A stretch of 62,567 bases of DNA, counting the filler. It is 8 parts of 8 records of this genome, joined end to end, with 100 filler letters (N's around TTAATTAATTAA, not from the genome) between each part and the next. Parts side by side here need not be neighbours in the genome. Positions count along the whole stretch, not along the records: positions 17,982 to 23,163 come from SRR31147125_33815; positions 23,264 to 37,022 come from SRR31147125_33826; 6 more parts are not named here. One strand, given 5' to 3'. The notes beneath the pieces were generated by a model, which was not told the origin of the DNA, ran no database searches, and saw nothing but the letters and a program-made list of their open reading frames with translations. Positions 20,569-31,030 of this stretch are shown here, one piece after another (the stretch's first letter is position 1; each line of letters begins with the position of its first letter). Made by a program: the position numbers and the translations under genes.

Positions 20569-21999
20569 ATGACAACAAGAAGAGAATTTACAAAAAAAGT
20601 TTATTGGCAACATCCGGTTTGTTCTTGCTAGCAGGAACAGGATTTTTGCTTCTCCTGCCAGTCAATTTATATCAAACCGACCTGCAAAAAATGAGCGAAA
20701 ATTTGTTAGTTCAGCTGTGGACAGTACCATCCAGAAAGTAAAAGCTGAGATTAAAAATCCTGAACTCGGCTGGATGTTTGAAAATTGTTTCCCGAACACT
20801 CTTGATACAACTGTCAAATTTAAATATATAGATGGTAGGCCGGATACTTTTATCATCACCGGTGACATAGATGCCATGTGGCTGCGCGACTCTACAGCAC
20901 AGGTGTGGCCATATCTTTCGTTAGTCAATAAGGATCAAAAACTTAAAGAGTTAATCGCTGGTTTGGTTAACCGACAGACAACATGTATCCTCACTGATCC
21001 GTACGCCAATGCTTTTTATGATTCTCCCAGAACAAGTGAATGGCAAAGTGATATAACTGCTATAAAACCAGGTTTGCATGAACGAAAATGGGAGATTGAT
21101 TCCTTATGTTATCCGGTTAGGCTCGCTTTTCATTTTGGAAAAAAACCAACGACACGTCCTGTTTTGATAATAAATGGCTGGATGCCGCCAGATTAATTGT
21201 AAAAACATTTAAGGAACAACAACGTAAAGAAGAAGATGGACCCTATTCATTTATGAGACGAACCGAAAAACCAACGGATTCGCTTCCAGGCAATGGATTT
21301 GGAAATCCAATAAATCCTGTAGGACTTGTTGTCTCTTCTTTCCGACCATCTGATGACGCCACTATTTTTCCGTTTTTGATTCCATCCAATTATTTCGCTG
21401 TGGTTTCATTAAAACAAATGGCTGACATATGCGAGACGATTTACATAGAGAATGCGTTTGCACAAGAATGCATTCAGTTAGCTGATGAAATTGAAGCAGC
21501 ATTACAAAAATATGCAGTGGTTGAACATATGTCTTTTGGTAAAATTTTGGCTTTTGAAGTGGATGGTTTTGGTAATAAATTATTCATGGACGACACCAAT
21601 GTTCCAAGCCTGATTTCATTGCCTTATTTAGGTTGTCTGGATCAAAAGGATCCTTTATATCAAAGGACGCGACAATTCATCTATAGTACAGCCAATCCAT
21701 ACTACTGGCAGGGTAAATATCTAAAGGGATTAGGTAGCCCACATACGGGCAAGGATTTGATCTGGCCAATGAGCTTAACGTTACAGGCGCTTACAAGTAA
21801 TGATGAAAATGAAATCCGTTCCTGCCTGAAAATGATACTCAAATCTCACGCCGGCACTGGATTTATACACGAATCTGTTAATAAAGACAATCCAAAGATA
21901 TTTACCAGATCATGGTTTGCCTGGGCCAATACCCTATTTGGTGAATTAATTCTGGATTTATATCATCAGAAGAAAGATATCCTGACAAATGACATCTGA
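20569..21999 (+). CDS. Glycoside hydrolase family 125 (exo-alpha-1,6-mannosidase-like), Tat signal; two frameshifts (~20600, ~21140)
   Basis: MTTRREF Tat motif; MFENCFPNTLDTT, ITGDIDAMWLRDS, ERKWEIDSL, FRPSDDA, MDDTNVPSL, GSPHT, FTRSWFAWAN. Confidence 0.92.
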
Positions 22000-22062
22000 T
22001 ACAATGATCATGTTTCTCCCAAAAGTGATACTTTGGTCCTAATCGTAAGTTCTATCAAAATG

Positions 22063-22094
22063 AAAAAAGCCCGGTTAAAACCGGGCTTTTTTTT
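22063..22094. terminator. Bidirectional terminator
   Basis: A6-GCCCGGTT-AA-AACCGGGC-T8 between GH125 and leuS. Confidence 0.88.
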
Positions 22095-22116
22095 ACACAT
22101 TGCGTTTTTTTATGTT

Positions 22117-23163
22117 CTATTTTACCACAAAAATAACCAGCTTTTTCGGAACCACAAAAGATTTCACAACATTTTTGCCATCCAGGTAACCACTTACCTT
22201 TTCATGGCTTTTCGCTGTTTCCAGTATTGTCTCGTTGTCAGCTGAGGCTGATACAGCTATTTGTGCTCGTATTTTGCCGTTTATTTGTACACCCAGATTT
22301 ATTGTATCCAGTTCCAATTTTGATTCATCATAGGTAGGCCAGGTTGTATTAAATACACTGCCTTTCTGTCCGAGTGATTTCCACATTTCCTCAGCCATAT
22401 GTGGTGTAAACGGAGCGATCAGTTTAACAAGATTGATAACAACATCAGAAAACAGGTTTTTATTCTGCTGATCCGGAGTAACCTCCTGAATGTATAAATA
22501 CATCTCATTGACAAGTTCCATAATGCGGCTGATGGACGTATTAAAATGAAACCGGTCAAGATCTGTTGTGGCATTCTTGATGGCATAATGCATCTGTCGT
22601 TCTACTTTTTGATACTTTACTGTTTCCGAGCCAGTTGGACGTTGATCGTATATATTAAAAATTAATCTCCACACTCTTTTGAGAAATCGATTTATACCAA
22701 CAATACCCTCATCACTCCAGTCACCACCTTCTTCATAGGATCCCATAAACATCATATACATTCGAAAGGTATCTGAACCATATTTCTCAACGAATTGATC
22801 CGGATTTACCACGTTACCCTTTGACTTGGACATTTTGGCGCCATTGCTGGTAATTATTCCCTGATGCACCAGGCGTTTAAAAGGTTCGTCAAAATTGATT
22901 AATCCAAAATCATACAGAGCTTTAGTGAAAAATCGGGCGTATAACAGATGCATGGTCGCATGCTCGGCACCACCAACATATTGATCCACTGGCAGCCATT
23001 TATTGATTAATTCTTTATCAAATGCTTTATCGGATAAATGTGGATTTGGAAACCGCAAAAAATACCAGGATGAACAAACAAATGTATCCATTGTATCAAT
23101 TTCTCGCCGTGCCAGACCACCGCACTGAGGACAGGTCGTGTTTACAAAATCCGAAGCCGTTCC
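22117..23163 (-). CDS. leuS: Leucine--tRNA ligase, C-terminal part (5' truncated)
   Basis: DTMDTFVCSSWYFLR, YVGGAEHATMHLLYARF, KMSKSKGN, VQINGKIR. Confidence 0.98.
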   Translation of the reverse strand, partial: GTASDFVNTTCPQCGGLARREIDTMDTFVCSSWYFLRFPNPHLSDKAFDKELINKWLPVDQYVGGAEHATMHLLYARFFTKALYDFGLINFDEPFKRLVHQGIITSNGAKMSKSKGNVVNPDQFVEKYGSDTFRMYMMFMGSYEEGGDWSDEGIVGINRFLKRVWRLIFNIYDQRPTGSETVKYQKVERQMHYAIKNATTDLDRFHFNTSISRIMELVNEMYLYIQEVTPDQQNKNLFSDVVINLVKLIAPFTPHMAEEMWKSLGQKGSVFNTTWPTYDESKLELDTINLGVQINGKIRAQIAVSASADNETILETAKSHEKVSGYLDGKNVVKSFVVPKKLVIFVVK

Positions 23164-23263
23164 NNNNNNNNNNNNNNNNNNNNNNNNNNNNNNNNNNNNN
23201 NNNNNNNTTAATTAATTAANNNNNNNNNNNNNNNNNNNNNNNNNNNNNNNNNNNNNNNNNNNN
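23164..23263. other. Artificial contig linker
   Basis: N44-TTAATTAATTAA-N44. Confidence 0.99.
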
Positions 23264-23345
23264 TCTTTTTCTGAGTAAAGTACCTAATCATTATAATTTA
23301 TTCTCTCCAATCCAATACATCTATCAGGTACGTTATGATCAAAGA

Positions 23346-24347
23346 TTATATATCCACGACCTTGCTACCATTTCGCAAAGATTCTTCCGCAGCTTCAAGA
23401 GCTTTCACAACCCTTAAAGCATTATATCCATCCGTTTGAGGTGTTTTATTATTGAGACAACAATCAACAAAATGTTTCATCTCTTTGTTTAAAGGTTCAA
23501 AAGTTTCCAGTTGTGGACTGATAACATCTCCCGTTCGATAACTCAGTTGATATTCACCAAAAGTTTCAGGATTGACATAATCGACACCTTTGTCATATAT
23601 TTTCACCTTTTCGATATTTTCAGTGTCATCATAAACAAGCATTTTATTACTGCCTACAATAGCTGTCCGGCGCAATTTACTCGGTGCAAGCCAGCTTACC
23701 TGAATATGGGCAATACAACCGGATGCAAATTCCATATTTATAAAGGCAACATCAGGTATATTTTTTTGTACATAATCCTTTCCCATAGCAGAAATGCGCG
23801 TAGGTTGCTCATCTAGCCAGTGAAAAAGAATTGAAAAATCATGCGGAGCCAAATCCCAAATAACACTTACATCTTTTTGATGTAAACCCAGATTAACTCT
23901 TGAAGTACTAATATAATAAATATCTCCCAACTCACCACTATCAATTATCTGTTTTATCTTTTTGACGGGCGGACTGTACTCAAATGTATGGCCAACCATA
24001 AGCACGAGACTCTTTTCTTCAGCTTTTTGGATAAGTTGTTCAGCCTCGTTTTTTGAAGGAGTAAAAGGTTTTTCAACAAAGACGTGCTTTCCTGCAGACA
24101 AACTTTCATAGGCTAAAGGATAATGAGTTGAAACCGGTGTGGCAATGACAACCGCCTGTACATTTGTATTGCTGAGGAGCTTCTGATAGTCTCTTTCAAC
24201 ATGAATTGAAGGATACCTGGTCTTAATCTTTGATAACTTTTTTTCATCCAGATCACAACAAAAAATCTCATTGCATAAATTGGTTTCGTACAGATTTCTC
24301 ACCAGATTGGGACCCCAATAGCCTAATCCAATCACTGCAACATTCAT
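23346..24347 (-). CDS. Gfo/Idh/MocA oxidoreductase (nucleotide-sugar dehydrogenase, WlbA-like)
   Basis: VIGLGYWGPN, ATPVSTH, HVFVEKP, DLAPHD. Confidence 0.92.
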   Translation of the reverse strand: MNVAVIGLGYWGPNLVRNLYETNLCNEIFCCDLDEKKLSKIKTRYPSIHVERDYQKLLSNTNVQAVVIATPVSTHYPLAYESLSAGKHVFVEKPFTPSKNEAEQLIQKAEEKSLVLMVGHTFEYSPPVKKIKQIIDSGELGDIYYISTSRVNLGLHQKDVSVIWDLAPHDFSILFHWLDEQPTRISAMGKDYVQKNIPDVAFINMEFASGCIAHIQVSWLAPSKLRRTAIVGSNKMLVYDDTENIEKVKIYDKGVDYVNPETFGEYQLSYRTGDVISPQLETFEPLNKEMKHFVDCCLNNKTPQTDGYNALRVVKALEAAEESLRNGSKVVDI

Positions 24348-24634
24348 AATTTCTCCTCCCGAGATTATGGAATCATTGATTAATCCTAAAATACAACTCT
24401 ACTTGGAGCCTTTAATCCAATTATTTCTTTCTCAAAACATTAAATATTTTCTCTTAAGATTTTTGTATGATAATGTTATCAGCGTAAATCCAAATTAACT
24501 CTTAAAATGTCAGACACTAAAAATTAGCCCACTAGTGAGAATTCAATATTATATAATATAATTACTTTAATACTTTTATTCAATTGTTTTATAACCACCT
24601 TAATACACCATAAATTTATCTGGAAATTCAAGCC

Positions 24635-25363
24635 TTAGACTTTTTGCCTATAAAACAGGTTATATTTTAATATGCATCTTAGAGCGCTCAGAGCATCCTT
24701 CCAGCCAATTTTTTTGCCTTCATCATAGGTTCGCCCGGCATAAGATATACCCACCTCATATATACGGCATTTTCCATGCCTTGCAAGTTGAGCAATTTTC
24801 GCTGTTATCTCTGGTTCGACACCAAAGCGCTTCTCCTCAATCGTGATACGTCGAATTATACTGGAACGAAATATCTTATAACATGTTTCCATATCGGTCA
24901 AATTTATATCAGCAAACATATTTGACAGCAGTGTTAAAATTCTGTTTGCAACAGAATGCCAAAAATAAAGCACCCGGTGTGGCTCTCCACCGGCAAAACG
25001 GGAACCAAATACGACATCTGCTTTGTTTTCAATAATCGGGCTAAGTAATTTTGGATATTCAACCGGGTTATATTCAAGATCCGCATCTTGTACTAGAATA
25101 ATATCTCCTGTCGCAGCCTGAAATCCGGTTTGTAGTGCAGCTCCTTTCCCCTTATTGACAGAATGGCTTATAATTTTAACATTATTATTTGCATGAAATC
25201 TTGATAACTCGCCTAGGGTATTATCTGTAGAACAATCATTAACAACTATTATTTTTTTAACTAGATTAAATTTGTTGAGGTTTATATCCAGAACTGAGTT
25301 AATCACCTGAGTTATATATTTTTCCTCATTGTAGACCGGAATAACGACCGATAGTATCTGCAT
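24635..25363 (-). CDS. GT2 polyprenol-phosphate glycosyltransferase (DPM1-like)
   Basis: SVVIPVYNE, VVNDCSTD, NKGKGAA, QDADLEY, DMETCYK, FGVEPEIT. Confidence 0.92.
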   Translation of the reverse strand: MQILSVVIPVYNEEKYITQVINSVLDINLNKFNLVKKIIVVNDCSTDNTLGELSRFHANNNVKIISHSVNKGKGAALQTGFQAATGDIILVQDADLEYNPVEYPKLLSPIIENKADVVFGSRFAGGEPHRVLYFWHSVANRILTLLSNMFADINLTDMETCYKIFRSSIIRRITIEEKRFGVEPEITAKIAQLARHGKCRIYEVGISYAGRTYDEGKKIGWKDALSALRCILKYNLFYRQKV

Positions 25364-25379
25364 TTCACTCCTGCTCTTA

Positions 25380-26930
25380 TTACATCTTTGAAAGTTTACA
25401 ATAAATTGCTTTTCTCTTTAAACCTGGAATCCCTGCTATGAGTGTCGGCTCTATGTTGAAATGTTTCTGCAATTCCTGCTCTAAAGCAGAATAATTATCA
25501 CCTGCATAAAGAATTCCATCATATGGGCTAGTAAGTAATTTCTTAACAATAGATGAATGATTTTCTGATTTTTTAGAAAATGATGAAAATCTTTCATCAG
25601 GTAAATAATAATGTATTGTTGGTAATAGATCTCGATCAATTAATATTTTTTTGTTATAAAGTTGCTCATCCTTTATATAATCGACAATATTCTTCAACCA
25701 TGTATGGGAATTAACATTTGACCTGAACTGCTTAATCTGAATAAAAGATGAAAAAAACATTATAACAATAATTACAACGGTTGTGAATGATCTCGTTAAA
25801 GTTGTAGTTTTAGATAAAACATTTGCTATGACCATTCCACTTAAAATAAATAAAGGCGGTAAAAGAGATGAAATATACGTGGGCGATGGTGACGTATTAC
25901 GAAATGTGGTTATAAAAACTAAAAAAGCATAGATAATAAATGGTGAATACCATTTATACCGCTTCACTTTAAACAAAGCAACTACTGTAGCTATTATTAT
26001 CAGTGCAAATATGGCAGGTGAACCAATAATCCGGTCCAGCCACACATGCCAGACGGATTGAGCGCCATAAGCACCGCCCCGAACAATAACAAAATAAGTA
26101 AAGAACACATAATTTTTAAGTAAACTAAGTTTTAACAATCCTCCAGGCCATACTAATAATATAACTCCTAAAAATAGCCCAATTAAGTACTGTAAATGCC
26201 TTTGAAAGTCTTTTCTTGACCAATTCTCAAATAACTGTCTTCGATTGATAACAAGACAAGCGACTAGTGTAAACAATAACAACAAGGCGTACTCAATCAC
26301 CATAAAACTGAATGCTAAAGCGATAACGGCATAATATAAGTAACGCACATCATTTGACTGTAATAATTTCGCAATCAAAACAAGAGTGATAATGACCATT
26401 AAAACATAAAGTCCATGCGGTGTGATTTGTGCAGCAGTTATAGAATTTGTGAGACTTGACACTAAAAACAAAGAAGAGAATACTGCGGATAATCGCGCAT
26501 TTTCATTGCACAAAAAGTAACAACCGGCATAAATTGCTACAATAGATAATAAAAGAGTAAGATAAGATATGAATCTCGCCATATGCTCACTGCTGCCCAG
26601 AAAATTTTCTAAAAAAGCCAGTGCATAAAAAGAGAGAGGACCATGATAGTGACGATAAAATGTTATATCATTACTACTCCTAATCATCTCTGATAAAGAT
26701 GTCGTCTTTTCTTTCTTTGTTCCTTTTTCTAATCCTTGTTTTATGAACGTTGTAATTGGAATAGCATTTTGATCTATATAGTTAGCGAATATACCTTTGG
26801 AAACAGCAAACATATAATCTGCTTCATCATACGTAAAGTAATCTTTGGAGATAATATTACTAAATGTGATTAAACTAATACAAAGGAAGCAAAAAAGAAT
26901 GGCAATATCGATTATATTTTTTTTCATCAT
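25380..26930 (-). CDS. Polytopic GT-C type (ArnT/PMT-like) glycosyltransferase
   Basis: First loop YDEADY, HGPL motif, about 11 hydrophobic segments, adjacent to a GT2. Confidence 0.65.
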   Translation of the reverse strand: MMKKNIIDIAILFCFLCISLITFSNIISKDYFTYDEADYMFAVSKGIFANYIDQNAIPITTFIKQGLEKGTKKEKTTSLSEMIRSSNDITFYRHYHGPLSFYALAFLENFLGSSEHMARFISYLTLLLSIVAIYAGCYFLCNENARLSAVFSSLFLVSSLTNSITAAQITPHGLYVLMVIITLVLIAKLLQSNDVRYLYYAVIALAFSFMVIEYALLLLFTLVACLVINRRQLFENWSRKDFQRHLQYLIGLFLGVILLVWPGGLLKLSLLKNYVFFTYFVIVRGGAYGAQSVWHVWLDRIIGSPAIFALIIIATVVALFKVKRYKWYSPFIIYAFLVFITTFRNTSPSPTYISSLLPPLFILSGMVIANVLSKTTTLTRSFTTVVIIVIMFFSSFIQIKQFRSNVNSHTWLKNIVDYIKDEQLYNKKILIDRDLLPTIHYYLPDERFSSFSKKSENHSSIVKKLLTSPYDGILYAGDNYSALEQELQKHFNIEPTLIAGIPGLKRKAIYCKLSKM

Positions 26931-26936
26931 TATTAA

Positions 26937-28040
26937 TTAGTTAAAATATTTTGTTATCATTTGTGATACGAATTCAATTTCTTCTTTTTTAAGCTGCTCA
27001 GACATAGGTAAAGAAAGAATTTTGCTCGAGAATTCATCACAAACCGGAAAATCTCCATTTTTATAACCTAACTCTGAATAGGCTTTCTGGAGATGACATG
27101 GAATTGGATAATGAATTCCAGTATAAACCTGATTCTCAGCCAAATATTTTTGCAGTTCATCACGATTTTCGGTACGAATGACGAATAAATGATATACGTG
27201 TTTGCTATCCGGCATCTCTGGAGGTAAAATAATATCATCGCAATTTGCTAGCAATTGCCTGTATAGGTCAGCATTCCTTCTTCTGGTTTCAGTCCACTCA
27301 TTGAGATATTTTAATTTCACGTCCAGAATAGCACCCTGCATGCCTTCCATCCGATAGTTATGCCCTATAATATCATGATGGTACTTTTGGGCCATGCCAT
27401 GGTCTCTTATCATCATTAATTTTTCATATATGGCCTCATCATTAGTAATAATGGCTCCACCCTCACCATAGGCACCAAGATTTTTACCCGGATAAAAACT
27501 GAAACAACCGCATACTCCAAAAGTTCCAACAGATTGTTCATTTAATTCTGCCAAATGCGCCTGGGCACAATCTTCAATGAGGGTTATCTTATTGTTATCG
27601 GCTATTTTTTTTATTTCAGCAAGCTGAGCAGGCTGACCATACAAATGAACGGCTATAATAGCTTTTGTCTTGCTCGTAATGGCATCCTGAATCTTTGAAA
27701 CATCAATATTATAATACTGTGGTTCGCAATCTACAAAAACGGGAATCGCCCCGGCTAAACTGACGGCTTCAGGAGTTGCAAAAAAAGTGTTAGCAGGTAC
27801 AATGACTTCATCCCCCGTTTTTATCTCCAAAGCCATCAAAGCGGCATGTAATGCTGCAGTGCCAGAGTTTACACCGACACAGAACCTACTTTGATGTTTT
27901 TCTGCAAAATTCTCCTCAAAGGATTTTACAAACGGCCCTGCAGCAAATGCACTCTTGTTTAATACATTTTGAATAGCTTGATCAACATCTTCTTTAATTG
28001 ATTGATACTGAGCCTTTAAATCCAAAAAATTCACTTTCAT
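26937..28040 (-). CDS. DegT/DnrJ/EryC1/StrS sugar aminotransferase
   Basis: VNSGTAAL, VHLYGQ, EDCAQAH, SFYPGKNLGAYGEGG. Confidence 0.96.
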   Translation of the reverse strand: MKVNFLDLKAQYQSIKEDVDQAIQNVLNKSAFAAGPFVKSFEENFAEKHQSRFCVGVNSGTAALHAALMALEIKTGDEVIVPANTFFATPEAVSLAGAIPVFVDCEPQYYNIDVSKIQDAITSKTKAIIAVHLYGQPAQLAEIKKIADNNKITLIEDCAQAHLAELNEQSVGTFGVCGCFSFYPGKNLGAYGEGGAIITNDEAIYEKLMMIRDHGMAQKYHHDIIGHNYRMEGMQGAILDVKLKYLNEWTETRRRNADLYRQLLANCDDIILPPEMPDSKHVYHLFVIRTENRDELQKYLAENQVYTGIHYPIPCHLQKAYSELGYKNGDFPVCDEFSSKILSLPMSEQLKKEEIEFVSQMITKYFN

Positions 28041-28103
28041 TTTCCCAGCCTTTCATTTAATATGAGATTCCGCTGTTCAAGTTCAATTTTTATTTTTATG
28101 TCA

Positions 28104-29252
28104 TTATCTTTTAATTATGCTCGAAATTATTTCAAAAACCCTTTCAATACGAATCTCTCTAATACAGGCAAAATTTTTATCTTTACAGGTGCGTTCCGGA
28201 ATAAATCTTACACAAGGTCTGCAATCAATATTTTCATTAATAATATTTACCACGTGTGATCCACGAGCACCATTTCTCTTTTCATCAGTCCCGCCCCAAA
28301 CAGCATAGATAGGTATCCCTGTTAATGAAGCTGTATGCATAATGCCGGAGTCGTTAGATATCATGATTTTACATAGAGAGATAACAGCAATAATATCTTC
28401 CAAATCTTCACTCTGAAGAACGACAAACTCATTTTCTGTTTTATTCAACACCTTTTGCTCATCTTGCTCATCAGGCCCTAAAATAAAAACAACCTTGGCA
28501 TCAAATTCTTCATACAATAAATGTGCCAACCCAATAAAATTTTGTAAAGGCCATCTTTTATAATCCGTTCCCTTCTTACTACCAGGATGTATAATACAAG
28601 TAAAATCATTCTCTGACAAATTATTCTGCCGAAACATATTTTGCGCAAAAGAAATACTTTTTTCCGATATCCTGAATTCCGGATAGTGATAAAATTTTTC
28701 CTTTTCTAAAGAAAACTTTTCAAGTAAACCAAAATTTTGTTCCACATCATGGAGATCTTCAATAATAGGGACAAGTTCATAATACAGGTTCTTTATAAAC
28801 TTAAAATAAGGATGAAGGCTTTGATAATCATGAGAAATATTATAATGCACATTAATAAAAAATGGCAGTAATTCAATTGGAAAATCCAGGGTGGGAAACG
28901 CAAAGAAACAAAAATCATATTTTGATTTTCCTAATTCCCTAATTTGCTTTATTTTTTCCAAAATGCTTTTCTTGTAAACGTATACATTATCAGCAGATCC
29001 AATTCCCTCAAAAATCGTTTTTGAAGCCTTGCTCGCCACAAGAATGTCAATTTTCCCATTACGGTTGACTCGTCTTAATGAATCCAGGAGGGGTAAAGAT
29101 AATACAGCATTTCCAATTCCGGAACAGGAAATAATCAATATCTTACTTTCCTGCAAAACCGGTAGCTTTTCAAATTTGACAAACAATTTTCGAATATAAA
29201 TTATTATCCGGAAAATAAATCCAAAAAAATACTTTAAAAATTTTCTCATCAT
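28104..29252 (-). CDS. Glycosyltransferase family 9
   Basis: SGIGNAVL, HPGS...KRWP, ISNDSGIMH, CRPC. Confidence 0.9.
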   Translation of the reverse strand: MMRKFLKYFFGFIFRIIIYIRKLFVKFEKLPVLQESKILIISCSGIGNAVLSLPLLDSLRRVNRNGKIDILVASKASKTIFEGIGSADNVYVYKKSILEKIKQIRELGKSKYDFCFFAFPTLDFPIELLPFFINVHYNISHDYQSLHPYFKFIKNLYYELVPIIEDLHDVEQNFGLLEKFSLEKEKFYHYPEFRISEKSISFAQNMFRQNNLSENDFTCIIHPGSKKGTDYKRWPLQNFIGLAHLLYEEFDAKVVFILGPDEQDEQKVLNKTENEFVVLQSEDLEDIIAVISLCKIMISNDSGIMHTASLTGIPIYAVWGGTDEKRNGARGSHVVNIINENIDCRPCVRFIPERTCKDKNFACIREIRIERVFEIISSIIKR

Positions 29253-29399
29253 TTAGAATGTATTTAATTCAGGTCTCAGCGTAATGACAATCTATTTAAT
29301 TCTTTGCTAATTTCCGATCTGCATCTCTACATGATGTTTTGGACTTTTTATATAAAGTAGGTATTCTAACCATATTCAGGTTAATACACTCTCAAAATA

Positions 29400-30857
29400 T
29401 TATGATAGATCCCGACGCAGCAATTTAATGCTGGACCTTTTTATACTATCGATGACCGATTTTTCAAAAAAGTTGAATTTGAATAGTATTATTGGGAACA
29501 AGACAAATAGAAATACTTTACCAACGATAGAAAAACATCCACCAAAAGGTAAGAATGTACTCATCAAATATAATAATGTTGACGTAATAGCCAACAAAAA
29601 TATTTTCCTGACATTATAAGGGATTTTGTAATAATTTTGAGATATCTTACATATTGCTAATCCAAGTATCATATAGGAAATCATTTTTGTTAAACCCGAA
29701 CCCATCATCTCCATCTTTGGTACTAATAAAAAATTTAATCCCACATTGATCACAGCCACAAGTCCCATGACCATTGGAAACAGATACGTCTTTTTTTCAA
29801 CGTTAATGCCGACAGATGTATAATAATACATACCATAAAAAATAAATGACAGGCTTATTAACGGTACAACTTGTGCACCGTCAACCATTTTTTCAGTTGC
29901 GAGAATAAAAAGAATATCTTTGGCAAAAATAGATATACCAAGCCCTAAAAAGGACAAGACAAACAGGTAATAATTGAAAAGTTTTGAAAAAGTCTTGGGA
30001 GCGTCAGGCTCTTTGGCAAGCGAAAACAGCATGGCAGGCCACGCCATCTGAAAAGCATTCACAGCCAATGACATAATCATTCCAATACGAAAAGCCGCTC
30101 CATATGAAGCTACCTGCTCAAGTCCCCAATAATATCTCAAAAAATATCTATCTGACATCATCAGGGTCAAATCACCAATACTATTAGGTACAAGGGGTAA
30201 ACCAAAACTTAACATATCCCGAAGCTCTGAACCTGAAAAAAGAACCCCTATTTCTTTCCTTATCACAACCAGGTAGATTAACCAAAAGAGTGCGGCTGTA
30301 ATTGTATTGGCAAGCAATATACCTTCTAAACCCCAATCGAATATCACAAGAAATAAAATATTGAGTAATATACCTATAATAAAATTTGAACTCGATATCA
30401 TGGCAAATTTAACCGATTTTTGATCGATCCGCAATATGGCCATTGGTATCGAATTAAAGATAAGAAACAGATCACATATAAAAAGAATCTGCAATAATTG
30501 TGCGTATTTAGCATCACCAAACAAAAATAAAGAAATGGCATCCGAATAAAAAAAGAGTAACGTTATTCCTATACCAGAACAAAAAATAACAAAGTAAAAG
30601 GCTGTACTGATAACGACTTTTCTATTAGTATTCTCTTTGTACAGAATACTCCGAAACAAGGCCGAACTCATACCCAACTGTAATATCAAAACGATACTGG
30701 TAGATGTAATCAGCAATATTTCAAGAATGCCATATTCAGCTTTTGTCAGGTAACGTGTATAAAGAGGGAGTAAAATGATGCTTACGGCTCGATTTAGAAC
30801 TGTTCCGACAGCATAAGCTACAGAATGTTTTAATAAACGCTTTATTAAATTATACAA
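29400..30857 (-). CDS. wzx: Wzx-type oligosaccharide flippase
   Basis: ILLPLYTRYLT..EYG, FGLPL, DRYFL, about 12-14 TM. Confidence 0.9.
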   Translation of the reverse strand: MYNLIKRLLKHSVAYAVGTVLNRAVSIILLPLYTRYLTKAEYGILEILLITSTSIVLILQLGMSSALFRSILYKENTNRKVVISTAFYFVIFCSGIGITLLFFYSDAISLFLFGDAKYAQLLQILFICDLFLIFNSIPMAILRIDQKSVKFAMISSSNFIIGILLNILFLVIFDWGLEGILLANTITAALFWLIYLVVIRKEIGVLFSGSELRDMLSFGLPLVPNSIGDLTLMMSDRYFLRYYWGLEQVASYGAAFRIGMIMSLAVNAFQMAWPAMLFSLAKEPDAPKTFSKLFNYYLFVLSFLGLGISIFAKDILFILATEKMVDGAQVVPLISLSFIFYGMYYYTSVGINVEKKTYLFPMVMGLVAVINVGLNFLLVPKMEMMGSGLTKMISYMILGLAICKISQNYYKIPYNVRKIFLLAITSTLLYLMSTFLPFGGCFSIVGKVFLFVLFPIILFKFNFFEKSVIDSIKRSSIKLLRRDLS

Positions 30858-31030
30858 TATGAGTGCTCATTGAAATAAAACATTAGACAATTGTATCTTT
30901 TCGCATTAGAGAAATTCATTTTATGTTAAAATCCAAAAATCCATTGGGAATTTTTATAGAGAATAAAAAAATATTCTTTAGAGCTTTCTATAAGAGTCTG
31001 GGTGGAATAACTCAATCCATTCAATCCGTA

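Noticed and set aside
7276-22094. Near-identical GCCCGGTT/AACCGGGC hairpins at 7281 and 22069 as a repeat family
   Set aside because: They are on different contigs, are short, and both are ordinary bidirectional terminators.
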